Shown: positions 9,498-18,565 of the stretch, one piece after another | Layout of the letters: the number at the start of each line of letters is the position of its first letter | Numbering within the stretch: position 1 is the first letter of the stretch | Assembly: GCA_038255465.1 (NCBI GenBank) | Contig: JBBSLJ010000003.1 | Span: 285 to 64,284, forward strand | Source: Candidatus Saccharimonadales bacterium | GTDB taxonomy: Bacteria; Patescibacteriota; Saccharimonadia; Saccharimonadales; JACDFO01 | Direction of reading: 5' to 3' | Length of the DNA stretch: 64,000 nt | Notes under the pieces: generated by a model | Told to the model about the DNA's origin: nothing | Database searches by the model: none | What the model saw: only the letters and a program-made list of their open reading frames with translations | Translations under genes and position numbers: made by a program

Positions 9498-11015
9498 ATG
9501 GCAACACTTAAAGAACTTCGCGACGAACGTCTGCGAAAATTAGAAGAACTCAAGGATCTTGGTATTAATGCATACCCAGCGACGGCCGTGCGGACGCACG
9601 TGTCTAGCGATATTGTAACCAGGTTTGAAGAACTTGAGGGTCAGCAGGTTACTCTGTCCGGCCGCCTGATGGGAACGCGTAAATTTGGCAAGATTGCCTT
9701 TTTTGTAATCAAAGATGCAAGCGGACAGATGCAGCTCTTTTTGAAGCATGATGTTATGCAGCCGCTTGATGCTAAAGAGAACCGGATTGGATTTGAGCAC
9801 ATCAACCTGCTTGATCCAGGAGACTTTATTGAGGCCTCCGGCAAAGTTATCAAAACACAGACAGGCGAGATCTCTCTTGAGGTTACCGGATTGCGATTAC
9901 TCACCAAAAGCCTCAGACCGATGCCGACAGAGCAGGAGGGCTTTACCAATAAAGAAGAACGTTTACGGCGGAGATATGTCGATACCAATGTTAACAAAGA
10001 CGTGTATGAGCGTTTCGTGCGTCGCAGTAAGTTCTGGCAATCAACACGGCAGTTTTTGCTGGACAACGATTTTCTTGAAATAAATGTACCTGTGCTTGAG
10101 CAGACGACAGGGGGCGCGGATGCTAATCCATTTGTAACCCATATGGATGCGCTTGATCAGGAACTGTATCTGCGGATTAGCCATGAGTTGCCATTAAAAC
10201 GCCTCATCGGCGGTGGATATGAGAGGGTATTTGATATTGGTCCGCGCTTTAGAAACGAGAATTACTCTGACGAACATCTGCCCGAGCACATAGCCATGGA
10301 ATGGTATGCGGCCTACTGGGATTGGCGCGAGGGTATGAGATTTATGACAGACATGTACAGAAAAATCCTGCAAGATACCTTTGGAACGTTACAGTTCCAG
10401 TTAGGAAAGTTTAACATTGACCTCAGTAAAGATTGGGAGGAATGGGATTATGGGCAAGTTATTAAAGACCGCTATGATATTGACCCCTATAGCTGTACGC
10501 TGGATGAAGTCAAGAAAGCACTCAAAGACAACAAACTCGAGGTAGAGAAGACGGAGAACAAAGCCCGTGGAATCGATAAACTCTGGAAGAACATCCGAAA
10601 AGACGTCGCCGGACCCATCTGGTTGGTTAATACGCCGCTGTTCATCAGTCCATTGGCAAAATCCAACCCAGACAGACCAGAGACAGTGCAACGGTTCCAG
10701 CCGATAATAGCCGGAAGCGAACTAGGCAACGGCTTTTCTGAGCTTAATGACCCAATAGACCAGCTACAGCGATTTACCGAACAGCAGCAGATGCGCGATG
10801 CAGGCGATGATGAAGCGATGATGCTCGACATCGACTTCATTGAAATGCTCGAATACGGTATGCCGCCAGCTTGCGGCTGGGGCTTTTCTGAGCGCGTATT
10901 CTGGATTTTTGAAGGTGTTACCGCCCGCGAAGGCGTGCCATTCCCAACTCTCCGCCACGAAATCGACGACGTTACAAAAACAATCTACCCGCATTTAAAG
11001 CTAGACGCCAACTAG
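9498..11015 (+). CDS. lysS: lysyl-tRNA synthetase, class II
   Basis: It has an OB-fold N-terminus plus class II motifs (FRNENYSDEHLPEH, ELGNGFSELNDP). Confidence 0.9.
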   Translation: MATLKELRDERLRKLEELKDLGINAYPATAVRTHVSSDIVTRFEELEGQQVTLSGRLMGTRKFGKIAFFVIKDASGQMQLFLKHDVMQPLDAKENRIGFEHINLLDPGDFIEASGKVIKTQTGEISLEVTGLRLLTKSLRPMPTEQEGFTNKEERLRRRYVDTNVNKDVYERFVRRSKFWQSTRQFLLDNDFLEINVPVLEQTTGGADANPFVTHMDALDQELYLRISHELPLKRLIGGGYERVFDIGPRFRNENYSDEHLPEHIAMEWYAAYWDWREGMRFMTDMYRKILQDTFGTLQFQLGKFNIDLSKDWEEWDYGQVIKDRYDIDPYSCTLDEVKKALKDNKLEVEKTENKARGIDKLWKNIRKDVAGPIWLVNTPLFISPLAKSNPDRPETVQRFQPIIAGSELGNGFSELNDPIDQLQRFTEQQQMRDAGDDEAMMLDIDFIEMLEYGMPPACGWGFSERVFWIFEGVTAREGVPFPTLRHEIDDVTKTIYPHLKLDAN

Positions 11016-11141
11016 ATAATCTTTAAAATAATTCCAAAAAGCTTGGAACTGCAATAATGCAATGAACTGTTGTTGTGGTTTTTCAAATGCATGTACTTAT
11101 CTTAAGGACATACGTAGTATCTTATATAAATAAGGAACAGT

Positions 11142-12095
11142 ATGTTTTATTCTGAAAGTAAAGTTGAGACCACCCCAGAACAAGATAAGGCAGAACTAGC
11201 GTATGCTCAAGCATGGGCGTATCAAGCGGAACTCAACGCTACTAGTGATGGTGTTACTCGTGATAAAAGGCAACTTATACAGAATGAGCTTGATTCCATT
11301 TTCCCTTATATGGGTCAGCAGGTTTATGTGTCAGGGAATGGAGTCTACCCCGTATGCGATGTTGAAACAGGCGAGGTACTAGACGAAATCCATGGATTTG
11401 TATCTGGTCAACAGGGCCTACACGTTGGATTTTTTGTTGCTGAAATTAATGAAGGATCGACTCTTCGGTATCAGGTACTGCAACAAATAGCACTTGGACA
11501 AGTAAAGTCAAAACCGTGTCTTACGGTTGATCGACAGGAAACGATTAGTACTTTTGTTGATCTCGATGCTTCCGTATTACTCATTAGTGATATTAATAAT
11601 GTTTACAACCCGGACTCAGATGTAGAAGATGACGACTTCCACGACCGCATAGAACGAATGCTTGGGATGAGCAAAGAGCTTACCGGTCTATATAAATCAA
11701 CGACTTTTCGCCGGATGCGTCATGCAAAGCAGCTACGGACGGTCATGGACTTTTTAATAAATGCCGATCGGGAAACCCGTCTTCGTAATGTGGGCATTAT
11801 GACCGAGGCTGAATATGCATACACACCATCACTTAGCGACGGCTGGCGCCTCATACCACTACTGATAGAAAAAACGTTAATAGAAGGCACTATTGTAGGG
11901 CTAGACTCAACAGAATCAGTTACAATGAAAGCCAAGGCCATACGTAACAACGACGACCTTTTAGATAAAAACGCAGGATTATGCCTGGTAATTGACCCGA
12001 CTGAAGAATCAAAGGATGTACTTAGTCTGAGCGCTAACTCCGTCGTGCTATTGCCAACCGCGAGCCAAGAATTTGAAATAGCACTTAATGCCTAG
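11142..12095 (+). CDS. hypothetical protein (317 aa, no recognisable domain)
   Basis: Long ORF preceded by an AT-rich 126-bp spacer and an aaggaa SD-like sequence. I recognise no motif. Confidence 0.5.
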   Translation: MFYSESKVETTPEQDKAELAYAQAWAYQAELNATSDGVTRDKRQLIQNELDSIFPYMGQQVYVSGNGVYPVCDVETGEVLDEIHGFVSGQQGLHVGFFVAEINEGSTLRYQVLQQIALGQVKSKPCLTVDRQETISTFVDLDASVLLISDINNVYNPDSDVEDDDFHDRIERMLGMSKELTGLYKSTTFRRMRHAKQLRTVMDFLINADRETRLRNVGIMTEAEYAYTPSLSDGWRLIPLLIEKTLIEGTIVGLDSTESVTMKAKAIRNNDDLLDKNAGLCLVIDPTEESKDVLSLSANSVVLLPTASQEFEIALNA

Positions 12096-12116
12096 AAAGA
12101 TATAGAGGTTATCATC

Positions 12117-12422
12117 ATGAAAGCAGTTTGGAAAAACCAAGTTATTGCGGAAGCGCCCAAAGAAGAACTTATTTACATTGAGGGGAACTGGTACTTCCCA
12201 AAAAATACCACTAAACCTGAATTTTATCAGGCGAGTGACACGCATACGTCATGTCCGTGGAAGGGCGATGCAAGTTATTATCACGTGGTGGTTAACGGCG
12301 AGACCAATGAAGACGCGGCTTGGTATTATCCAGAGCCTAAACAATCAGCAATCGATCAAGTTAAAAAAGATTTCACTAGTTACGTAGCGTTCTGGCGCGG
12401 CGTTATTGTTTCCGAAGATTAA
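12117..12422 (+). CDS. DUF427 domain protein
   Basis: VIAEA...IEGNWYFP...SDTHTSCPWKGDASYY...AAWYYPEP matches the DUF427 pattern. Confidence 0.7.
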   Translation: MKAVWKNQVIAEAPKEELIYIEGNWYFPKNTTKPEFYQASDTHTSCPWKGDASYYHVVVNGETNEDAAWYYPEPKQSAIDQVKKDFTSYVAFWRGVIVSED

Positions 12423-12949
12423 TTTTTTAAGCGTTCAGCAAACTGTTTGCGGAACTTAGTGAGCTTTGGGTTAATGATTATCTGGCAGTAGGCCTGTTCT
12501 GGATTCTGGGCAAAGAAATTCTGATGATATTCCTCGGCAGGGTAAAACACATCAAGCGGTTTTAGCTCGGTAGTAACTGGCTTATCCCAATGTTTAGTTG
12601 CAAAGTTTTTAGTAACATCTTCGGCAATTTCTTTTTGATTTTCATCGTGATAAAGAATAATTGAGCGGTATTCTTCACCAACATCATTACCCTGTTGATT
12701 CGGGGTTGTCGGGTCATGGACGGCATAAAATATTTCGAGCAGGTCACGGTAGCTAATAATTTCGGAATCAAAAGTAACTTGAATAACTTCGGCATGCCCA
12801 GTGGCATCATAATGCATCTGTTGATAGGTTGGGTTCGTGGTATGTCCGCCGGCGTATCCTGAAACAACTTTGGTTACGCCTTTTAGCTGGCTATAAAGAG
12901 CCTCAATGCACCAGAAACAGCCACCGCCGATTGTCATCATTTCTTTCAC
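12419..12949 (-). CDS. msrA: peptide-methionine (S)-S-oxide reductase
   Basis: GGGCFWCIEA is the active-site motif. The start is uncertain, either the GTG at 12949 or the ATGs 9-12 nt downstream. Confidence 0.9.
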   Translation of the reverse strand: MKEMMTIGGGCFWCIEALYSQLKGVTKVVSGYAGGHTTNPTYQQMHYDATGHAEVIQVTFDSEIISYRDLLEIFYAVHDPTTPNQQGNDVGEEYRSIILYHDENQKEIAEDVTKNFATKHWDKPVTTELKPLDVFYPAEEYHQNFFAQNPEQAYCQIIINPKLTKFRKQFAERLKN

Positions 12950-12996
12950 TAGGCTATATTTTACTCTAGTCGAACAGAGTATGATATATTATTCGC

Positions 12997-13941
12997 ATGG
13001 CAACAACTAAGAAATCAACCAAAGCAAAGACCAAAACTACCAAAAAGCCAGCAGTTAAAGCGCGCACCACTGCTGTTAAAACCACTCGCGCTACCAAGAC
13101 TACTAAAGTAACAAAGCAGCCCGTCGTAAAAAAACCGGTTGTAAAAGCAGCAGCAGTTGTTAAAGCGAAAACAACTGAATTAACCGCTAATACATTACGC
13201 AAACTTAATTTTGTTAAGGCATTTGTCTTTGCTGCGCTTGCAGTACTGGCCGGTGTATTAATGAGCAGCGCCAGCTATCCGGTTAGCATTGGCTACCAGG
13301 CTAAAGATGCACTAGTTAGCCTTACGGCAGGCAAGACGGCTTTTGTGCATGGCAACCAAAACCTGTTTGATATCGAGGTTCGCTGGTTAGTTGTGACAAT
13401 TCTAGGTTTGGCAGCCGTGTTCTCATTGTTAATTGCAACTAGATTACGCGCTAAATACGAAGCGACACTTACGGATGGTGTTTCATCAATGCGTTGGATT
13501 GGCTGGGGCATTACTGCTGCGCTCATGGTAGAAACGGTGGCACTTTTGTCTGGTGTGAGCGATATCCTGACGCTCAAGCTTATCGCCGGTTTAATGCTCG
13601 TAACCTGTGCGCTGGCATGGGTTGCTGAGAAGCGCAACAAGCAGGCCGGGCGACCTGCCTGGAGCGAATTTGTAGTCAGCCTTTTCACCGGCTCACTGCC
13701 GTGGATGTTAATCGGTGGCTATGCTATTGCAACGTGGGTGTGGGGTTTGATCCGCTATCCTTGGTATGTTTACGCGCTTTACGCAGCATTGCTGGTCGGT
13801 TTCATTACACTTACCTTCACACAGTACAAGCGAATTAATGGCTGGAAGAATACGCTCATTGTTGAGCGAAACTATCTTCTGATCGGTCTTGTTACTAAAG
13901 TTGCGTTTGCTGTTATCCTCATCCTTGCATTTCAGAAATAA
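12997..13941 (+). CDS. heliorhodopsin-like 7TM membrane protein with Lys/Thr-rich N-terminal tail
   Basis: Seven predicted TM helices. Segments align to heliorhodopsin 48C12 as I recall it: RW at the TM3 start, AWVAEK vs GWLQEK, GSLPW vs GIVPW, and ERNYLLIGLVTKVAFAV vs ERAYIVLSLVAKSALAW, which includes the TM7 Lys (K301). See finding. Confidence 0.55.
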   Translation: MATTKKSTKAKTKTTKKPAVKARTTAVKTTRATKTTKVTKQPVVKKPVVKAAAVVKAKTTELTANTLRKLNFVKAFVFAALAVLAGVLMSSASYPVSIGYQAKDALVSLTAGKTAFVHGNQNLFDIEVRWLVVTILGLAAVFSLLIATRLRAKYEATLTDGVSSMRWIGWGITAALMVETVALLSGVSDILTLKLIAGLMLVTCALAWVAEKRNKQAGRPAWSEFVVSLFTGSLPWMLIGGYAIATWVWGLIRYPWYVYALYAALLVGFITLTFTQYKRINGWKNTLIVERNYLLIGLVTKVAFAVILILAFQK

Positions 13942-13947
13942 CTATAG

Positions 13948-15300
13948 ATGCTAGAAGAAGTAAAAATAGAGAAGCTGGTTCATGGCGGTCAAGGCCTGGG
14001 CCAGCTTTCTGACGGTAGAAAAATATTTGTATGGAATGCATTACCGGGTGAGCTGGTAAGGGTTGCGATTACAAAAAAGAAACGGGATTATGCAGAAGGC
14101 ATAGCTGATGAAATAATAAACCCGTCTAAAGAACGTATCGAGCCAATAGACCAGGCATATTTAAGTACAAGCCCCTGGCAAATAATGACCTATGAAGCCG
14201 AGAACAAATACAAAAAAGAAATCCTCACCGAATCTTTCTCGCGTGAAAAAATTCTTATGCCGGATGTTGACTTTGTCGCGGCAGGAAAGGCAGGCCCGGT
14301 TCGCTTTAGCGAATCTGAATTTACTTCAGAAGGGCCGATGTCGGGGCCCCCGTTGAGAGGGGATTCTCAATGGGGTGGCGATAACCCGCCCGGGGTTTTC
14401 CATTATCGGAATAAAATGGAATATTCATTCTGGGCAGATGAAGCAGGCTTGCACTTAGCATTATTTAAACGTGCCAGTCATGTTAAGCAAATTGTAGCAG
14501 GTAGCTCAATTGCGAGGCCAGAGATCGATGTAGTAGCAAATAATATTGTTGCAATATTGAATAAAAATGGTATTCGAGGATCTCAGCTTAAAACAATAAT
14601 TTTAAGAGTGAATAAAACGGGTGAAGTTGTTGCGGCGCTGTTTACGAAAGACGAACAGTTTCCTCTGTTAAATGAGCTGAAAACAGTTTGCAACGGAGTC
14701 ATTGTCTTTTATTCTAACCCTAAAAGTCCGGCCAGTGTGGTGACGCGTGAACTGTATACATTTGGCTCAGTTATTTTACGTGATGAGTTGTTCGGCAAAG
14801 AGATTATGTATAGCGTCAACTCGTTTTTTCAGGTAAATTTACCCGTATTTGAAACTGCTCTGCAGAGTATAAAAAACGCGACAAAGAACGAGCCGATAAT
14901 TATTGATATGTACGCTGGTGTGGGCGCTATTGGGCTGAGTGTCGGTGCCCAAAAGCTAATCGAGATTGATTCTGACAATGTCGCAATGGCCAAAGAAAAT
15001 GTTGGCTACAGCGGTGCTGCTGTAATCCAGGCAAGCACCGAGCAGGCATTAGAGCACATTACTGCCGACTCCTGTGTTATTTTTGACCCACCGCGCGCTG
15101 GTCTGCACGAAAAAGTTATAGGCCGTATTCTTAAGGAGCTACCAGACATGCTTGTGTACTTATCTTGCAACCCATCCACGCAGGCGCGTGATGTAGCTAG
15201 GCTACAATCTAAATATGAAATAGCCTTTTTGACGGGATACAACTTTTTCCCAAGAACGCCCCACATAGAATCACTTGCAATACTTCAAAAGAATGTATAA
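13948..15300 (+). CDS. RNA (uracil-5)-methyltransferase, RumA/TrmA family (TRAM + SAM MTase)
   Basis: It has a TRAM-like N-terminus (VKIEKLVHGGQGLG...GELVRV) and the FFQVN, DPPRAG and YLSCNPSTQARD motifs. Confidence 0.75.
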   Translation: MLEEVKIEKLVHGGQGLGQLSDGRKIFVWNALPGELVRVAITKKKRDYAEGIADEIINPSKERIEPIDQAYLSTSPWQIMTYEAENKYKKEILTESFSREKILMPDVDFVAAGKAGPVRFSESEFTSEGPMSGPPLRGDSQWGGDNPPGVFHYRNKMEYSFWADEAGLHLALFKRASHVKQIVAGSSIARPEIDVVANNIVAILNKNGIRGSQLKTIILRVNKTGEVVAALFTKDEQFPLLNELKTVCNGVIVFYSNPKSPASVVTRELYTFGSVILRDELFGKEIMYSVNSFFQVNLPVFETALQSIKNATKNEPIIIDMYAGVGAIGLSVGAQKLIEIDSDNVAMAKENVGYSGAAVIQASTEQALEHITADSCVIFDPPRAGLHEKVIGRILKELPDMLVYLSCNPSTQARDVARLQSKYEIAFLTGYNFFPRTPHIESLAILQKNV

Positions 15301-15332
15301 TAAGCCTAAACATAAGTATTAAAAGGGGTAAA

Positions 15333-15956
15333 ATGGAAAATAATTCGCCGGAACAAGATACCGCTGCAGCGGGTCTTGCTCCAATTTATAGTAATAACTC
15401 GGTCCCTGATTCTTATCAAAATTTAGGAGCTTCGGCAGTAAATCATGGGACTGTAAGCACCGCTAATGCATCATTTGCAGAAGCAGCATATTCGGATAGA
15501 CCAGTACCAGTGGTGAAGGTGCTCAGCGTACGAGGCGTTGAGTACTTGTTTATGAGTATTTTTCTGTGGTTAACGGCCGGTTCATTCGTCGGTTTAATAC
15601 TTTCACTTATTAATGGCCAGACTGGTTTTTCGTCTTTGGCGTTTCCACTGTCGGTGCTAGTAGTGAGCCTGCCGGGTCTTGCGGTGCTGTTTCTTAGATT
15701 AAAAGCTGCGGAACTAGCAGATCCTGCGTTAAGGCTTGAAGCGTCAAAACGGCGGCTTACGCAGATAACTCAGCTGCTGGCGTTTTTGACCTGCTTGATT
15801 AATGTGATTACTTTTGTATATCTCGTGCTACAAAAAATAGGCGGAGAAGGAAAGTTAGAGGTGGTAAAAGCCATTTTAAATATGATGGTTATCCTAGTCG
15901 TGGCCGGTGGAATACTGGTTTACTACTGGTATGACGAGCACAAGAGAAGGGGATAA
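15333..15956 (+). CDS. hypothetical integral membrane protein (4 TM)
   Basis: Soluble N-terminal ~65 aa followed by four hydrophobic helices. An aagggg SD lies upstream. Confidence 0.5.
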   Translation: MENNSPEQDTAAAGLAPIYSNNSVPDSYQNLGASAVNHGTVSTANASFAEAAYSDRPVPVVKVLSVRGVEYLFMSIFLWLTAGSFVGLILSLINGQTGFSSLAFPLSVLVVSLPGLAVLFLRLKAAELADPALRLEASKRRLTQITQLLAFLTCLINVITFVYLVLQKIGGEGKLEVVKAILNMMVILVVAGGILVYYWYDEHKRRG

Positions 15957-15958
15957 AT

Positions 15959-16507
15959 ATGAAAAATCCAGGACTAAAAAAGTATGTACTTGGTTTTGCC
16001 TTAATTGGACTTATTACTCTAGGTTTAGCAGTATTTACATTGATGCAAGGTGCCGCCGCTAAGCAGGACAACGAAACAAGCAAGCGCGCCCAAGAGATAG
16101 CCGATAAATTAAATGATTATATAGACAGCTCAAGTCGTATTCCGGAAAATCTGGATGATGCGGGCATTAGCAACGTACCATCAACCATTAAATACAGTAA
16201 AAAAAATAGCAGTGAATATGAATTCTGTGTCACTTATAAGGCGGAAAAATCATACGGTGGGAGTGATGTATCGAGCGTATTTTGGGGTTCAGCACTTCGC
16301 TCTTCCGCAACTTCCGAATACGAGGAAGATGACTCATATAAACCGAGCAGCCTCTACCTGCCATACAGCTACAAAAAAGGAGAGAACTGCCAGACGGTCA
16401 AGCCATATATTGCTTCGTCAAGATTCGATGATTTGTATAACGATGATCAATATAAAGAATACGACAATAATTACGACTACAACTATTACGACGCAGACAT
16501 GAACTAG
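15959..16507 (+). CDS. membrane-anchored protein with pilin-like N-terminus (non-canonical) and Tyr/Asp/Asn-rich C-terminus
   Basis: KKYVLG-FALIGLITLGLAVF resembles a class III (prepilin) signal, G-F-x-L-I, but has Gly instead of Glu at +5. The C-terminus reads DDLYNDDQYKEYDNNYDYNYYDADMN. Confidence 0.35.
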   Translation: MKNPGLKKYVLGFALIGLITLGLAVFTLMQGAAAKQDNETSKRAQEIADKLNDYIDSSSRIPENLDDAGISNVPSTIKYSKKNSSEYEFCVTYKAEKSYGGSDVSSVFWGSALRSSATSEYEEDDSYKPSSLYLPYSYKKGENCQTVKPYIASSRFDDLYNDDQYKEYDNNYDYNYYDADMN

Positions 16508-16540
16508 ACGAATACGTCCACGAATGCAAGACATATATTG

Positions 16541-16568
16541 TTGAAAAATTAAATAAATAGTATATAAT
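16541..16568 (+). promoter_or_regulatory. sigma70-type promoter upstream of the 16593 gene
   Basis: TTGAAA (16541-16546), a 16-nt spacer, then TATAAT (16563-16568), followed by an AAAGGAG SD. Confidence 0.5.
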
Positions 16569-16592
16569 TTGCCATAATTAAAGGAGTTACAT

Positions 16593-17021
16593 ATGGCTGG
16601 TTTATTTATTCCTCGTAATCCAATCGAGACAGCGAAGGAGCTTCAATGGGAAATTGATTTGGCAGACCCAGACCATGCCCCAGTACTTGCGGAACATGCC
16701 GGGCGCATAATCGGAGACGTTGATGAAATATACGGTACTAAAAACCTATTGATACATACTCTTGGATGTTTTGTAATAAAAAGACGGATTATTCCTGGCG
16801 AAAGTGTGATTGAAGATACGCTTGGTGAAACGATTTTAGAAGGCAATATGGTTTATTTACATTACCTACAGCTTCAAGATGCCCCAAGAATTCAGACATT
16901 TAGTGTACTCATGCATGAGGTAGAGGCTACTGACCTTGCGGGTGGTGTGGCAACAAAAAGCAATATTACTTCACTCGTTGCCATACCTGTATTAGATATC
17001 CAAGAAGTTAGAGCTGCATGA
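16593..17021 (+). CDS. hypothetical protein (142 aa)
   Basis: ORF with its own promoter and SD. Its stop overlaps the rsmE start. No motif recognised. Confidence 0.5.
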   Translation: MAGLFIPRNPIETAKELQWEIDLADPDHAPVLAEHAGRIIGDVDEIYGTKNLLIHTLGCFVIKRRIIPGESVIEDTLGETILEGNMVYLHYLQLQDAPRIQTFSVLMHEVEATDLAGGVATKSNITSLVAIPVLDIQEVRAA

Positions 17022-17704
17022 GACTACATCGTTTTTATGTTGGTGACGAGGTTGAACTTAAGCACAACTTTTGGCTACATGACGAGCATTTGCTACATCA
17101 ATGGTCTAAGGTTCTGAGATTTCAATCAGGCCAAGAGGTGGTGCTTTTTAATGATACCCACGAGCGACTGTACAAAATTATTGAAATTACTGCCAAAGAA
17201 GCGCACCTGGAGTATATGACGGATTTTAAGCGTAAAACCCCAAAAAAAGACATATATTTACTCTGGTCATTACTTAAAAAAGACAAAAATGATTGGGTAC
17301 TGCAAAAATGCACGGAGCTGGGAGTCAGTCATTTTGTGCCGGTGCTTACGGAACGGACAGAAAAAACAGGATTTGACCTAGAGCGGGCCAAAAAAATTGT
17401 CATTGAAGCAGCAGAGCAATGCGGACGCAGTGATATTCCGAACGTTCGCGAACCTATGCTTCTCGAAACGGCTATTACAGAACTGGCCGATAACGTGCAA
17501 CTTTATATTTGCGAACAAGATGGCACTGACGTAGCACAAACCATAGATCAACCAATCGGTATTTTTATTGGCCCGGAAGGCGGCTGGTCGGATAACGAGA
17601 AAAACTTGTTTACGACTAAGCAAATTAAGCATTTAAATTTGCATGATTTTACACTACGGGCTGAGACAGCAGCCATAACCGCCATCTCAAAACTGGTACA
17701 ATAG
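17018..17704 (+). CDS. rsmE: 16S rRNA (uracil1498-N3)-methyltransferase
   Basis: MRLHRFYV N-terminus, PUA-like domain and a C-terminal SPOUT region (IGPEGGWS). Confidence 0.85.
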   Translation: MRLHRFYVGDEVELKHNFWLHDEHLLHQWSKVLRFQSGQEVVLFNDTHERLYKIIEITAKEAHLEYMTDFKRKTPKKDIYLLWSLLKKDKNDWVLQKCTELGVSHFVPVLTERTEKTGFDLERAKKIVIEAAEQCGRSDIPNVREPMLLETAITELADNVQLYICEQDGTDVAQTIDQPIGIFIGPEGGWSDNEKNLFTTKQIKHLNLHDFTLRAETAAITAISKLVQ

Positions 17705-17711
17705 TAGTCTG

Positions 17712-18497
17712 ATGAATTATTGGAAAGAACGTAGCCAGCCGTATCAGCCTGGACAAACTAAGCCGTTTAAAATCTCGCGGTCGAAAATCGAGTTGTTTAT
17801 GCAGTGCCCGCGTTGCTTCTGGCTCGATGCCCGGCTCAAGATAAAACGCCCAAACGGCCCGCCTTTTAATATCAACAAGGCCATTGACGAACTATTTAAA
17901 AAAGAGTTTGATGTGCATCGCCAGGCAGGCACTCAGCATCCCTTGCAAGTAAAATTTAACATTGCTGCTAAGCCATACGCCCATGATGACATAGACCAGT
18001 GGCGATATAATTTCACAGGGGTCTTTACGGTACATAAAGCCACGAATCTGCATGTATTTGGTGCTGTTGACGATGTGTGGGTAAATGACGCGGGTGAGCT
18101 AATCGTAGTTGACTACAAAGCAACCGCGAAAGATAAACCGGTAATGGAACTTGGCCCCGTCGGTGGGTGGCAGGACGGCTACCGCCGGCAAATGGAAACG
18201 TATCAATGGTTACTCCGTGCAAATGGCTTCAAGGTGAGTAATACCGGCTATTTTGTTTACGCCACCGGCGACATGAATGCCGACAGCTTTAATGATGTAG
18301 TGGCTTTTAAGACTCACGTATTTCCCCATGTTGGCAGCGATACTTGGGTAGAAAAAACCATTTTAAAAATGAAAGCATGTCTAGAAGGTGATATACCTGA
18401 AGTCGGAGTAGCTGCCATGGGCGGTCCATGTGATTTTTGTACCTATGCCAGGCAACGGACTGAGCTTACGCTCGCGGCAATAAAAAATAAACATTAG
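17712..18497 (+). CDS. PD-(D/E)XK nuclease, Cas4/AddB-like, with four Cys (putative Fe-S)
   Basis: It shows CPRC near the N-terminus, VVDYK (D-x-K), YRRQMETYQWLL (QxxxY) and a C-terminal CDFC. Confidence 0.65.
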   Translation: MNYWKERSQPYQPGQTKPFKISRSKIELFMQCPRCFWLDARLKIKRPNGPPFNINKAIDELFKKEFDVHRQAGTQHPLQVKFNIAAKPYAHDDIDQWRYNFTGVFTVHKATNLHVFGAVDDVWVNDAGELIVVDYKATAKDKPVMELGPVGGWQDGYRRQMETYQWLLRANGFKVSNTGYFVYATGDMNADSFNDVVAFKTHVFPHVGSDTWVEKTILKMKACLEGDIPEVGVAAMGGPCDFCTYARQRTELTLAAIKNKH

Positions 18498-18565
18498 ACC
18501 ATTTTCTTTTATAAATTCCAGGCCCTCATGTATAATCACCAACAATTCCAAGGAGTTGTTGAAGT

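Noticed and set aside
16155-16502. 115-aa alternate-frame ORF (and similarly 12145-12387)
   Set aside because: They are nested in the same strand inside better-supported ORFs. Their odd composition (T/I runs, R/K-rich) marks them as frame artefacts.
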